From Pseudomonadota bacterium (lineage in GTDB: Bacteria > UBA10199 > 2-02-FULL-44-16 > DYJF01): 64,000 nucleotides of DNA. Below the pieces are notes generated by a model that was not told where the DNA came from, searched no databases, and saw only the letters and a program-made list of their open reading frames with translations. Below, one piece after another: positions 1 to 9,275 of this stretch. Position 1 is the stretch's first letter; each line of letters opens with the position of its first letter. Location: contig JBDRBB010000008.1 in the NCBI GenBank assembly GCA_043823065.1, positions 192,001 through 256,000 on the forward strand, written 5' to 3'. The translations under genes were made by a program, and so were the position numbers.

Positions 1-49
1 TGCCTTTGTTTTGGCATTGATTAGTTTAACAACTTTGAAATTACGTTAA
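1..49 (+). CDS. mraY: 3' end of phospho-N-acetylmuramoyl-pentapeptide transferase (partial, not in ORF track)
   Basis: Frame from nt 2 reads AFVLALISLTTLKLR*, the typical MraY C-terminus; lies directly upstream of murD. Confidence 0.85.
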   Translation, partial: AFVLALISLTTLKLR

Positions 50-52
50 AAT

Positions 53-1450
53 ATGGAAGATCTAAAGAATAAAAAAGTACTCATTATTGGTTTGGCGCGG
101 TCTGGCCTGGCAGCAGCTCGTTTTGCTGCTGAGCGCGGAGCCAAAGTTATTGTTTCAGACAGCAAGCCAGAGAAACAGCTTAAAGAACAAGTGCAATTCT
201 TGAAAGATTTGAACTTAGAATTTTCTTTAGGAAAAAATGATCAAAGCTTAATGACCAAGGCAGATTTAATAGTGGCTAGCCCAGGTGTACCCTTGAATTT
301 AGCTGGGCTAGATCAAGCCAGAGCTAAGGGTATTCCCATAGTTTCTGAAATGGAATTGGCGCTAAATGAAATCAATAAACCTATTATAGCTATAACAGGC
401 ACTAATGGAAAAACTACGACGACTTCTTTGATTGGCCATGTCTTGCACCAGTCAGGATTAAAGGTTTGTGTTGCGGGCAATATTGGTCAGGCCTTAAGTG
501 GTATGGTAAAAGAAGCAAATGCAGCTGATTGGGTGGTTTTAGAGGTGAGTAGTTTTCAATTAGAAACCACGCCATCTTTGGCTCCGCAAATAGCCATTTT
601 GCTAAATGTGACAGCAGATCATTTAGATCGTCATGGAAATTTGGAAAAATATCTTCAGGCCAAGTTGAAAATTTTTGCCAATCTTAAACCAAATGGATTT
701 GGTGTTTATAATGCCGAGATTGCCTGTCAGCCCTCAGTTGCTTGTCATTCCCGCGAAAGCGGGGATCCAACTCTAGATCTCTGCCTACGCAGGGATGACA
801 AACATAGAAACTATATTGCTTTTAACGCTAAAAATGATTTCCAGCAAGGAAACTTGATAACCAGGATAAAAGAATATGGCGAAAAATCCTGGAGCTTGGC
901 TGAAGTAAATTTATTTGGTGCGCATAATTATGAGAATTTATTGGCAGCTATTATCGCCTCCCAACTGGTCGGTCTGGAAGACCAAACCATAGCGCAGGGT
1001 TTAAAAACTTTTAAGGGTTTGCCGCATCGTTTGGAACTAGTTGGTGAGCAAAATGGGGTGCGCTATTTTAATGATTCCAAAGGTACTAATGTCGGAGCCA
1101 CAATTGCTGCTCTAGAAAATTTTCAAAATGTAATCTTGATTGCTGGTGGACAGGGAAAAGGCGGAGATTTTCTGGATTTAGCAGCAGTAATTTCCCAGCG
1201 AGTAAAGAAAATGATTTTGATTGGCGAAACCAAACAGCAAATAGCGGAACAGCTTGGCAAGTTAACTGATACGGTATTTGCCGATAACCTGGAACAAGCA
1301 GTTAAATTGGCGCATCATTCAGCAGGAAATAGCGATGTAGTCTTGCTTTCTCCAGCCTGCGCCAGCTTTGATATGTTCAAGGATTATGTAGAACGGGGAG
1401 ATGTTTTTAAAAAAGAGGTAAGTAAATATTTGACTAAAGATTGTCATTGA
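53..1450 (+). CDS. murD: UDP-N-acetylmuramoyl-L-alanine--D-glutamate ligase, with an in-frame palindromic insertion
   Basis: GLARSG, SPGVP, ITGTNGKTTT, LEVSSFQLE, DHLDRH, NDSKGTN and LSPACASFDMF motifs; dcw context. Confidence 0.97.
   Translation: MEDLKNKKVLIIGLARSGLAAARFAAERGAKVIVSDSKPEKQLKEQVQFLKDLNLEFSLGKNDQSLMTKADLIVASPGVPLNLAGLDQARAKGIPIVSEMELALNEINKPIIAITGTNGKTTTTSLIGHVLHQSGLKVCVAGNIGQALSGMVKEANAADWVVLEVSSFQLETTPSLAPQIAILLNVTADHLDRHGNLEKYLQAKLKIFANLKPNGFGVYNAEIACQPSVACHSRESGDPTLDLCLRRDDKHRNYIAFNAKNDFQQGNLITRIKEYGEKSWSLAEVNLFGAHNYENLLAAIIASQLVGLEDQTIAQGLKTFKGLPHRLELVGEQNGVRYFNDSKGTNVGATIAALENFQNVILIAGGQGKGGDFLDLAAVISQRVKKMILIGETKQQIAEQLGKLTDTVFADNLEQAVKLAHHSAGNSDVVLLSPACASFDMFKDYVERGDVFKKEVSKYLTKDCH
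742..801. repeat. 60-bp inverted pair of GTCA-tagged palindromes inside murD
   Basis: TGTCATTCCCGCGAAAGCGGGGATCCA followed by the reverse complement of TGTCATCCCTGCGTAGGCAGAGATCTA; encodes CHSRESGDPTLDLCLRRDDK. Confidence 0.85.
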
Positions 1451-1452
1451 AT

Positions 1453-2577
1453 ATGAATTTTACTGAACTTAAAAAAATGCATTTTGATTCCTGGTTGCTC
1501 TTTTTAACCATCTTACTGGTTGGTTGTGGAGTAATTATGGTGTATAGCTCCAGCGCGGTTTTGGCCCAGGAACGTTTTGGAGATAGCTATTTTTATTTAA
1601 AACGCACTTTAGCTTTTGCAGTAGTTGGTTTTATCGCCATGGCCATTGCCTTAAAAGTGCCTTACCGCATTTATTATCGCTTGGTTTATCCAATTTTAAT
1701 TGGTTCTTTGATTTTAGTGTTTTTGGTTTTTATCCCGCAAATTGGCAAGACCATTGGCGGCGCTACGCGCTGGATAAATTTGGGTCCAGTTGCTTTTCAG
1801 CCCTCTGAATTGGCCAAGGTAGCCATGATAATCTTTCTGGCTTATTCTTTGGAAAAAAAGGCAGAAAAAATAAGATCTTTTAGCATAGGCTTGGTGCCGC
1901 ACTTGCTGGTGATGTTTGTGGTGGCTGGCTCTATTTTGGCGCAGAAAGATTTTGGCGCAGCAGCCATGATTGCCGCTATCACCTGGTTTATGCTTTTTGC
2001 AGCTGGAGCTAAAAAAAGTTATTTATTTGGCATGATTGCCTTGTTGATTCCATTTGCCTATATGTTTTTGTCGTTAGAAGGGTATCGCAAACGTCGCATC
2101 TTGGCTTTTCTTAATCCTTGGAGCGATCAATATGGGGCTGGTTTTCAGATTATTCAATCTTTTGTGGCTTTTAATGAAGGTGGTTGGTTGGGTCGCGGTT
2201 TAGGCGAAGGTCGCCAAAAATTATTTTATCTACCAGAAGCCCATACTGATTTTATTTTTTCGGTTATTGGGGAAGAAATGGGCTTAATCGGCGTTATTGC
2301 TGTTATAGTTTTGTTTGCCTTGTTTTGCTATCGGGGTTTACATATTGCTTTGCAAGCGCCAGACATGTTTGGCCGATATTTAGCCACTGGCGGCACTTTG
2401 CTTATTTGTTTGTCCGCAGTTTTTAATATGGGTGTGGTTATGGGGTTGTTGCCCACGAAAGGCATGGTTTTGCCGTTTATTAGTTATGGGGGTTCTTCAT
2501 TAGTTGTCTTGCTGGTTGTGGTGGGAATTTTACTAAATATTTCCTCCTATAAACGTGTAGAGGAAGTAAATATATGA
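1453..2577 (+). CDS. ftsW: SEDS peptidoglycan polymerase FtsW
   Basis: MVYSSS, GATRWI, FQPSELAK, LPEAHTDFIF and PFISYGGSS motifs; ATG at 1453 chosen over TTG at 1441. Confidence 0.96.
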   Translation: MNFTELKKMHFDSWLLFLTILLVGCGVIMVYSSSAVLAQERFGDSYFYLKRTLAFAVVGFIAMAIALKVPYRIYYRLVYPILIGSLILVFLVFIPQIGKTIGGATRWINLGPVAFQPSELAKVAMIIFLAYSLEKKAEKIRSFSIGLVPHLLVMFVVAGSILAQKDFGAAAMIAAITWFMLFAAGAKKSYLFGMIALLIPFAYMFLSLEGYRKRRILAFLNPWSDQYGAGFQIIQSFVAFNEGGWLGRGLGEGRQKLFYLPEAHTDFIFSVIGEEMGLIGVIAVIVLFALFCYRGLHIALQAPDMFGRYLATGGTLLICLSAVFNMGVVMGLLPTKGMVLPFISYGGSSLVVLLVVVGILLNISSYKRVEEVNI

Positions 2578-3671
2578 GCGATACTAGATATAAAAATAAA
2601 GTTTTGATTGCCTGTGGAGGAACAGGTGGACACGTGTTTCCTGGCGTGGCCATTGCCCAAGCTTTTGAAAAAATAAGTCCAGAAACTGAACTAGTGTTTG
2701 CTGGTACCAAGCGTGGTTTGGAAAACCAGGTAATAGCAGACTCTAAATATCGTTTGCTGAAGTTAGAAGCACTATCCTTAAAAGATCGTAAATGGATAGG
2801 AAAAATTAGCGCCTATGTTTTTTTGCCAATAACTTTGTTTAAGGCCCGTCAAATCTTAAAAACTGAAACACCAGATTTGGTAATTGGCGTTGGTGGCTAT
2901 GCTGCAGGCCCATTGTGTTTAATGGCTGCTTTAATGAACATTCCTACGGCAATTGTTGAGCCTAATGCTATTGCTGGTCTTAGTAATCGTTGGCTAGGAC
3001 ATTTTGTAAAAAGAATTTACACAGGATTTTCAGAAGTTGGGGAGTTTTTTCCCAGACAAAAAGTTCTGTTAACTGGCAATCCAGTACGCCAAGAAATTGT
3101 GGAGTTGCGAGATAAAAATAGATTTGCCGGAGATTTTATTAATATTTTCTGTTTTGGCGGATCGCAGGGAGCAAAGCCTATTAACGAAGCTTTGGTTGAT
3201 GCTTTGCCGCATTTAGTAAGTGCTAAAAAGAAGCTTAAATTTATGCATCAGGTTGGTAAAAAAGATGATCTAGAAAAAATAAAGCAGGCTTATAAAACCA
3301 ATGGTTTTGAGGCCCAGGTTTTTGAGTTCTCAACAGAGATTTGGAAGTTTTATGCTAACGCAGATTTGGTGGTTGGGCGCAGCGGGGCAACGACCACCGC
3401 CGAGGTGGCAGTTGTTGGTTTGCCGGCTATTTTAGTGCCATACCCCTATGCTGCTGATGATCATCAGCGGGCCAATGCTCAAAATCTGGAACGTTGCGGC
3501 GGGATTAAACTGATTATGCAGGATAAATTAAACGGTAAAACTTTGGCCGAAGAGATTATTAAATTAGGTTCAGATAAATTGTTAATGATGCGCTCAGCCT
3601 TATTAAAATGTGGCAAGCCTGATGCAGCTGAAAGAATTGTGCAAGATTGCTTAAAATTAATGAGTAAATGA
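2574..3671 (+). CDS. murG: Lipid II GlcNAc transferase MurG
   Basis: GGTGGHVFP, GGY, TGNPVR, GGSQGA, RSGATT and DHQRANA motifs. Confidence 0.97.
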   Translation: MSDTRYKNKVLIACGGTGGHVFPGVAIAQAFEKISPETELVFAGTKRGLENQVIADSKYRLLKLEALSLKDRKWIGKISAYVFLPITLFKARQILKTETPDLVIGVGGYAAGPLCLMAALMNIPTAIVEPNAIAGLSNRWLGHFVKRIYTGFSEVGEFFPRQKVLLTGNPVRQEIVELRDKNRFAGDFINIFCFGGSQGAKPINEALVDALPHLVSAKKKLKFMHQVGKKDDLEKIKQAYKTNGFEAQVFEFSTEIWKFYANADLVVGRSGATTTAEVAVVGLPAILVPYPYAADDHQRANAQNLERCGGIKLIMQDKLNGKTLAEEIIKLGSDKLLMMRSALLKCGKPDAAERIVQDCLKLMSK

Positions 3672-3674
3672 AAT

Positions 3675-5045
3675 ATGTTTAATAAATATCAAAAAATACA
3701 TTTTGTGGGCATTGGCGGCATTGGCATGAGCGGAATTGCTGAAATTTTGCTGACGCGCGGCTTAACTGTAACAGGATCTGATCTTAAATTAAGCTCAGTC
3801 ACCAAGAAACTGAAAAGACGGGGAGCTACAATTTGGGAAGGTCATCATAAAAAACACGTTTTTGGCGCCCATGTGGTAGTAGTTTCCTCTGCGGTTTCCA
3901 AAACAAACCCAGAAGTTAAGCAGGCCTTAAAAATGGGTGTGCCAGTGGTGCCCAGAGCAGAAATGCTGGCAGAACTAATGCGTCTAAATTATGGTATTGC
4001 TGTAGCTGGTACCCACGGCAAGACCACCACCACTTCTTTAATAGCCAGTGTTTTAGAGAAAGCTGGATTTGATCCAACAGTGGTGATTGGCGGTAAGGTT
4101 AAGAGTTTGCGCGGCAATGCCAGAACTGGTAAGGGTAATTTTTTGGTGGCAGAAGCAGATGAATCAGATCGTTCATTTTTAAAGCTATCGCCTACCATTG
4201 GCGTGATTACCAATATTGATCCAGAACATTTGGAGAATTATCGCAGTTTTAATCATCTTAAAGAAGCCTTTGCCAATTTTGCTAACAAAGTTCCTTTCTA
4301 TGGTTCAACTATTTGTTGTTCAGATCATCCAGTGGTTAGGCGTATTTTGCCTAAAGTGGATCGCCGTCTGATTACTTATGGTGTAAATGGCGGGTCAGAC
4401 TATACTGCTAAAAATATTTTGGTTCAAAATGATCGCCTAAATTTTGAAGTTTATTATCAGCAGGAAAGTTTGGGTAAAATTACTTTACCCATGGTTGGCC
4501 GTCATCAGGTAATGAATGCCTTGGCAGCGATTGCTGTGGGACGCGAACTAGATATTCCCTTTGCCTCCATAAAAAAATCCTTAAAATGTTTTAGCGGCAT
4601 TTCTCGCAGGTTTGAGGTTTTGTCCAGAAAAGGTCCTTTGGTGGTAGATGATTATGCTCACCATCCAGTGGAAATTGCTGCTACTATAGTTGCCGCTAAA
4701 GAGAGTTGGCCAGAGAAGCGCCTGATTGCAGTTGTTCAACCCCATAGGTTTAGCAGGCTTAAGGCTTTGTTTGAGGAATTTGTGCAAGTGTTAAAACCAG
4801 CAGACATGATTCTAGTAATGGATGTTTATGCTGCTAGTGAAAAACCTTTGCGCGGCATTTCTGGTAAAAACTTATGTGAGGCCATTAGAAAGAAATATCT
4901 GAAAAAACCAGTGGCTTATGCGCCAAACAAGGCAGAGGTTTTTACTAATCTAAACTCCTGGTGTGGTCAGGATGATTTGGTTTTATTTTTAGGAGCTGGA
5001 GATATAACAAAAGTGGCACACGAATATGCTAAGACGCTTAAATAA
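3675..5045 (+). CDS. murC: UDP-N-acetylmuramate--L-alanine ligase
   Basis: HFVGIGGIGMSG, GTHGKTTTT, EADESD, DDYAHHP and QPHR motifs. Confidence 0.97.
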   Translation: MFNKYQKIHFVGIGGIGMSGIAEILLTRGLTVTGSDLKLSSVTKKLKRRGATIWEGHHKKHVFGAHVVVVSSAVSKTNPEVKQALKMGVPVVPRAEMLAELMRLNYGIAVAGTHGKTTTTSLIASVLEKAGFDPTVVIGGKVKSLRGNARTGKGNFLVAEADESDRSFLKLSPTIGVITNIDPEHLENYRSFNHLKEAFANFANKVPFYGSTICCSDHPVVRRILPKVDRRLITYGVNGGSDYTAKNILVQNDRLNFEVYYQQESLGKITLPMVGRHQVMNALAAIAVGRELDIPFASIKKSLKCFSGISRRFEVLSRKGPLVVDDYAHHPVEIAATIVAAKESWPEKRLIAVVQPHRFSRLKALFEEFVQVLKPADMILVMDVYAASEKPLRGISGKNLCEAIRKKYLKKPVAYAPNKAEVFTNLNSWCGQDDLVLFLGAGDITKVAHEYAKTLK

Positions 5046-5048
5046 AGA

Positions 5049-5131
5049 GGTTCTCGACAAGCTCGAACAATAAAGAGCATCAAATATTCTTCGAGCGAGT
5101 CTCTCGACTTTGCTCGAGACGAGTCGAGAAG
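5049..5131. repeat. REP-like inverted doublet (TCGAG family) between murC and murB; second unit contains a nested hairpin
   Basis: GGTTCTCGACAAGCTCGAACAATA (5049-5072) and TATTCTTCGAGC-GA-GTCTC...GAGAC-GA-GTCGAGAAG (5085-5131). Confidence 0.85.
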
Positions 5132-5138
5132 ATAACCA

Positions 5139-6082
5139 ATGACGCTAACTGGAAAACAACAAGAGAAGTTACAGGAAATAGCCCAAGATTGTGTGCTTTT
5201 TGAAGAAAGGCTGGCCAAATATTCAACCATTCAAATTGGCGGGCTGGTTGATGCTTTAGTAACGCCTGCCAATTTGGATATGCTCAAACAAGTTTTGAAT
5301 TGGGCCAAGCAGGAAAGGATTCCCTATTTGTTTTTAGGAGCAGCTAGCAATACCTTAATTCGCGATGGTGGTTTTAGGGGAATTATTCTGCGCCTGAAAA
5401 AAGGTTTTGATCAAATAGAAGTGATTAATCAGGCTGGGGAGGATGTTTTTATCAGCGTTGGCGCGGGCCTTTTTACTGCTACTTTGGTGCAGTTTGCTGC
5501 GGAAAATGGTTTTGCTGGCCTGGAATTTTTAGCCGGAATTCCAGGTTGTGTGGGTGGTAATGTGCTGACCAATGCTGGTACTAATGAATCTTGCGTTGCT
5601 GATGTGTTAGATGAAATTTCTGTGGTAGATCGTTCGGAAAAAGAAATGAGCCTCAAACGCAAGGCCTTGGATTTTTCTTATCGCAACTTGAAGCTGGCCA
5701 GATCTACCGCAGTTATTAAAGCAGTTTTTAGATTAAAAAAAACAGATCCAGAGCAGGTGCGACACGCTGTGGAAAAGTTAATTGAAAAACGCAAACAAAG
5801 TCAGCCCTGGGGTAAATTAAGTTTAGGCTGTGTATTTAAAAACCCGATTGCTGGTAAAGGTAAAAAGAATTTAAGCGCGGCAAGTTAATTGATGAGTTGG
5901 GTTTAAAACAGGTGCGTGTTGGCCAAGCCAGGGTTTCAGAAAAACATGCTAATTTTATTATTAATGAAGGTGGGGCCACAGCGCGCGATGTTGAGGTTTT
6001 AATGGGGTTGATCAAGGAAAAAGTCAAACAGCGTTTTGGCTTAAATTTAGAACCAGAGATAGGGATAATAGGAGAGATCTAG
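5139..6082 (+). CDS. murB: UDP-N-acetylenolpyruvoylglucosamine reductase, split by a 1-nt frameshift near 5879 (probable sequence error)
   Basis: IGG, SNTL..DGG, GLEFLAGIPG..GG...NAG and SLGCVFKNP in the first frame; VSEKHANFIINEG..TA.DV and LEPEI in the second; adding one G restores SAGKLIDELGLK. Confidence 0.93.
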
Positions 6083-6134
6083 TTCTCGAGGCGCTTCGCT
6101 TACTCGAACAATATTGTTCGAGCTTGTCGAGAAC
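6082..6134. repeat. REP-like inverted doublet (TCGAG family) between murB and ddl
   Basis: GTTCTCGAGGCGCTTCGCTTACTCGAACAATA abutting TATTGTTCGAGCTTGTCGAGAAC. Confidence 0.85.
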
Positions 6135-6148
6135 AAGAAAGGGCTCAG

Positions 6149-7087
6149 ATGCTTAATAAGTGGAAAGATAAAAAAATTGCAGTGCTAATGGGTGGTCAAA
6201 CAAAAGAGCGGGAGATCTCGTTAAAAACAGGCGCAGCCATTAGCAAGGCCTTGAATAAATTAGGTTACCAAGTCGTAGATATTGATGTTGGTAACGATTT
6301 GGTAGAAAGATTGAGGAAAGAAAATATCCAGGTGGCGTTTATTGCTTTACATGGCAAGTTTGGTGAAGATGGTTGCGTGCAAGGGTTACTTGAAATGTTA
6401 CGCATTCCTTATACCGGCACTGGTGTTATTGGCTCAGCAATTGGCATGGATAAGATTATTTGTGACATGGTGGCCAAACAGCTGGATATTCGTCTGCCTA
6501 GGGAACAGTTTTTTTATTTTAATCATGAACCTAAAGAGACAATTGTTAAAAAAGTTGAAATTGATTTGCCTTTAGTGGTGAAGCCAGCCAGGGAAGGCTC
6601 AACCATTAATCTTAGTATTGTGCGCCAGCCCGAAGAACTTGAGCCGGCGATTATCACAGCAGCCAAATCAGATAATAAAATTATTATTCAGGAATATATT
6701 GCCGGCAAAGAAGTTACTGTTGGTTTGCTTAACGGCCAAGCCCTGCCAGTATTGGAAATCGTGCCTAAAAGCGGTTTTTACGATTATACTTCAAAATACA
6801 CTAAAGGCCTGACTGAATATATTGTGCCAGCGCGCATTTCGGAAAAATGCGCAGAAAAGATTCAAAAATGGAGTGCTGATATATTTAAGGCCTTGGAGGG
6901 CTCAGGCGTGGCGCGTTGCGATTATATTATAGATAAAAATGATCAGGCCTATTTTTTAGAGATTAACACTATTCCAGGCATGACCGAATTGTCATTGGTG
7001 CCTAAAGCAGCTGCCCATATAGGTATCAGCTTTGAACAATTAGTGGAGCAAATATTAGACGCAGCAGCGCTAAAGGTGAATATATAA
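6149..7087 (+). CDS. ddl: D-alanine--D-alanine ligase
   Basis: GG..EREISL, LHGKFGEDG..QG.LE, KPAREGS, FYDY.SKY and LEINTIPGMT..SLVP motifs. Confidence 0.97.
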   Translation: MLNKWKDKKIAVLMGGQTKEREISLKTGAAISKALNKLGYQVVDIDVGNDLVERLRKENIQVAFIALHGKFGEDGCVQGLLEMLRIPYTGTGVIGSAIGMDKIICDMVAKQLDIRLPREQFFYFNHEPKETIVKKVEIDLPLVVKPAREGSTINLSIVRQPEELEPAIITAAKSDNKIIIQEYIAGKEVTVGLLNGQALPVLEIVPKSGFYDYTSKYTKGLTEYIVPARISEKCAEKIQKWSADIFKALEGSGVARCDYIIDKNDQAYFLEINTIPGMTELSLVPKAAAHIGISFEQLVEQILDAAALKVNI

Positions 7088-7923
7088 TGAGGGGATTTCT
7101 TAAAACACAGAATGTAAAGAAAAAGGGGATCGTTGCTAGGCATTTTAGGGCGGTGGAGCGAATTCTGTTTTCTCTAGCCGTGGTCTTTGGAGGGCTAGCC
7201 CTGCTTTATGGTTTATATTTAGTAATTGTGTTTGGTCCATTTTTTAATGTGGAAAAAGTAATTGTGGCTGGGGAATTAACTCATTTAAATCAAAGCCAGG
7301 TGGAGACATTGGCCAAAGTTAGTCCAGGGCAAAAGCTGTTTGGCGTAAACGTGCAAAAAATGCATTTGAACTTAAAAAAACATCCTTGGGTCAAGCAGGC
7401 TACAGTTAGAAGACGGTTGCCAGATACGGTTTGGATTTATATTGAAGAATATCAGCCAGTGGCCATTTTCATTAATAAGAACAAGCCATATTTTGTGGAC
7501 GAACAAGGTATTGCGTTTAAGCAAATAGAAGCAGGAGAATCTAAAAATTTCGAAATTATTTCAGGATTGAGAAATTTTGAAAATCAGCAAGAATTACAGG
7601 CAGAGCTTAAACAAAGTTTGGAACTTATTAGTTTATATAAAAAATCTAAGTTTAGCCAGATTTTGGGGATTGCAGAACTGCATTATGCCAAGCCATATGG
7701 ATTTTCTATTATTACAGAAAAAGGCCCGATAGAAATATTTTTGGGAAATAGTTTTTCCCAGGAAAAATTTCAGATTCTGGATCATTATCCAGGGGTGATT
7801 GAACGAGCTCAGGAAAAAATTAGATATATTTTTGCCAATAATGAGAATAGGATTGCTGTGGGTTATGAGGATGTTTCCCAAGCGGTGTCATTCTCGCGAA
7901 AGCGGGAATCCAGTGCGTTATAA
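7087..7923 (+). CDS. ftsQ: Cell division protein FtsQ/DivIB
   Basis: Single TM helix, POTRA-type HPWVKQATVRRRLPDTVWIYIEE segment, position between ddl and ftsA. Confidence 0.88.
   Translation: MRGFLKTQNVKKKGIVARHFRAVERILFSLAVVFGGLALLYGLYLVIVFGPFFNVEKVIVAGELTHLNQSQVETLAKVSPGQKLFGVNVQKMHLNLKKHPWVKQATVRRRLPDTVWIYIEEYQPVAIFINKNKPYFVDEQGIAFKQIEAGESKNFEIISGLRNFENQQELQAELKQSLELISLYKKSKFSQILGIAELHYAKPYGFSIITEKGPIEIFLGNSFSQEKFQILDHYPGVIERAQEKIRYIFANNENRIAVGYEDVSQAVSFSRKRESSAL
7886..7913 (+). repeat. Single GTCA-tagged palindrome in the ftsQ 3' end
   Basis: TGTCATTCTCGCGAAAGCGGGAATCCAG, nearly identical to the left arm of the murD insert. Confidence 0.8.
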
Positions 7924-7956
7924 TTTGATAGCATAAAAATTTTAAGGGGGGTGTTT

Positions 7957-9183
7957 ATGGCGAAAAAGGATGAGTTTGTAGTGGGGTTGGATATTGGCAC
8001 AACCAAAATTTGTGCCATTGTGGGAGAAGTTACAGAGGATGGGATCGATGTAGTAGGAATTGGTTCGCATCCTTCAAAAGGCTTGCGCAAAGGAGTTGTA
8101 ATCAATATTGACAGCACCGTCTCTTCTATCAAAAGCGCTATTGAGGAGGCAGAGCTAATGGCTGGCAGCGAGATATCTTCAGTGTTTGCTGGTATCTCAG
8201 GAGGCCACATCAAAGGCATCAATAGCCATGGCATTGTAGCTATTAAGAACAAAGAGGTGTGCCAGGCAGATGTGGAGCGCGTGATTGACGCTTCCCAGGC
8301 AGTATCCATCCCTCTGGATAGAGAAGTTATCCATGTTATTCCTCAACAGTATATTGTGGATGAGCAAGACGGGGTAAGAGATCCTATTGGAATGAGTGGG
8401 GTTAGATTAGAGGCCAGAGTGCACATTGTTACAGGCGCGGTTACCTCTGCCCAAAATATTATTAAATGCTGTAATCGGGCAGGGCTTAATGTGAATGATA
8501 TTATTTTGCAACAACTGGCTTCCAGCGAGGCATCTCTGACCATAGATGAAAAAGAGTTGGGCGTGGTTCTGGTGGATATAGGCGGCGGTACCACAGATAT
8601 TGCTATTTATTCTAATGGCAGCGTGACCCACACTTCTGTGCTGGCTATCGGTGGCAACCATTTAACCAATGATATTGCTGTGGGGTTGCGCACACCAGCG
8701 CATGAAGCAGAAAGAATTAAGCTAAAGTATGGTTGTGCCATGGCTGGTATGGTGCACAAAGATGAAACCATTGAGGTGCCATCAGTTGGCGGCCGGAATC
8801 CCCGCGTGCTTTCTCGCCAAATCTTAGCTGAAATTGTGGAGCCGCGCATGGAAGAGGTTTTCACTTTAGTGCAGCAAGAAATTGTGCGTTCTGGTTGTGA
8901 AGACATGATTGCAGCTGGAGTGGTTTTAACCGGCGGCACGTCAGCCATGGAAGGTGTTCCAGAATTAGCTGAACAGGTTTTTAATTTGCCAGTTCGTCGC
9001 GGAGTGCCCAAAGGCATTGGTGGTTTGGTGGATGTGGTAAGAAGCCCAATTTATGCCACAGGAGTTGGTTTGGTCCAAGTGGGCAGCAAATGCACAGATA
9101 GCAAGCGTTTTAAGATTAAAGATAAAAATATCTATTCCAAGGTTAGAGGAAGAATGAAAGAGTGGTTGGGGGAAATGTTTTGA
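7957..9183 (+). CDS. ftsA: Cell division protein FtsA
   Basis: GLDIGTTK, G.RKGVV.NID, GMSGVRLE and VDIGGGTTD motifs; G-rich RBS before ATG 7957. Confidence 0.97.
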   Translation: MAKKDEFVVGLDIGTTKICAIVGEVTEDGIDVVGIGSHPSKGLRKGVVINIDSTVSSIKSAIEEAELMAGSEISSVFAGISGGHIKGINSHGIVAIKNKEVCQADVERVIDASQAVSIPLDREVIHVIPQQYIVDEQDGVRDPIGMSGVRLEARVHIVTGAVTSAQNIIKCCNRAGLNVNDIILQQLASSEASLTIDEKELGVVLVDIGGGTTDIAIYSNGSVTHTSVLAIGGNHLTNDIAVGLRTPAHEAERIKLKYGCAMAGMVHKDETIEVPSVGGRNPRVLSRQILAEIVEPRMEEVFTLVQQEIVRSGCEDMIAAGVVLTGGTSAMEGVPELAEQVFNLPVRRGVPKGIGGLVDVVRSPIYATGVGLVQVGSKCTDSKRFKIKDKNIYSKVRGRMKEWLGEMF

Positions 9184-9186
9184 TTA

Positions 9187-9244
9187 GTTCTCGACTCGCA
9201 TGAGCTCGCTCGAACAATAATAGTCTTCGAGCGTAGTCGAGAAG
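9187..9244. repeat. REP-like inverted doublet (TCGAG family) between ftsA and ftsZ
   Basis: GTTCTCGACTCGCATGAGCTCGCTCGAACAATA followed by TAGTCTTCGAGCGTAGTCGAGAAG. Confidence 0.85.
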
Positions 9245-9275
9245 ATGATCAACTTAAAAGATAAAGGGGGGTAAA

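Noticed and set aside
5836..5900. Programmed frameshift or true pseudogene in murB
   Set aside because: No slippery heptamer at the break, both halves are intact and the gene is normally essential; a dropped G is simpler
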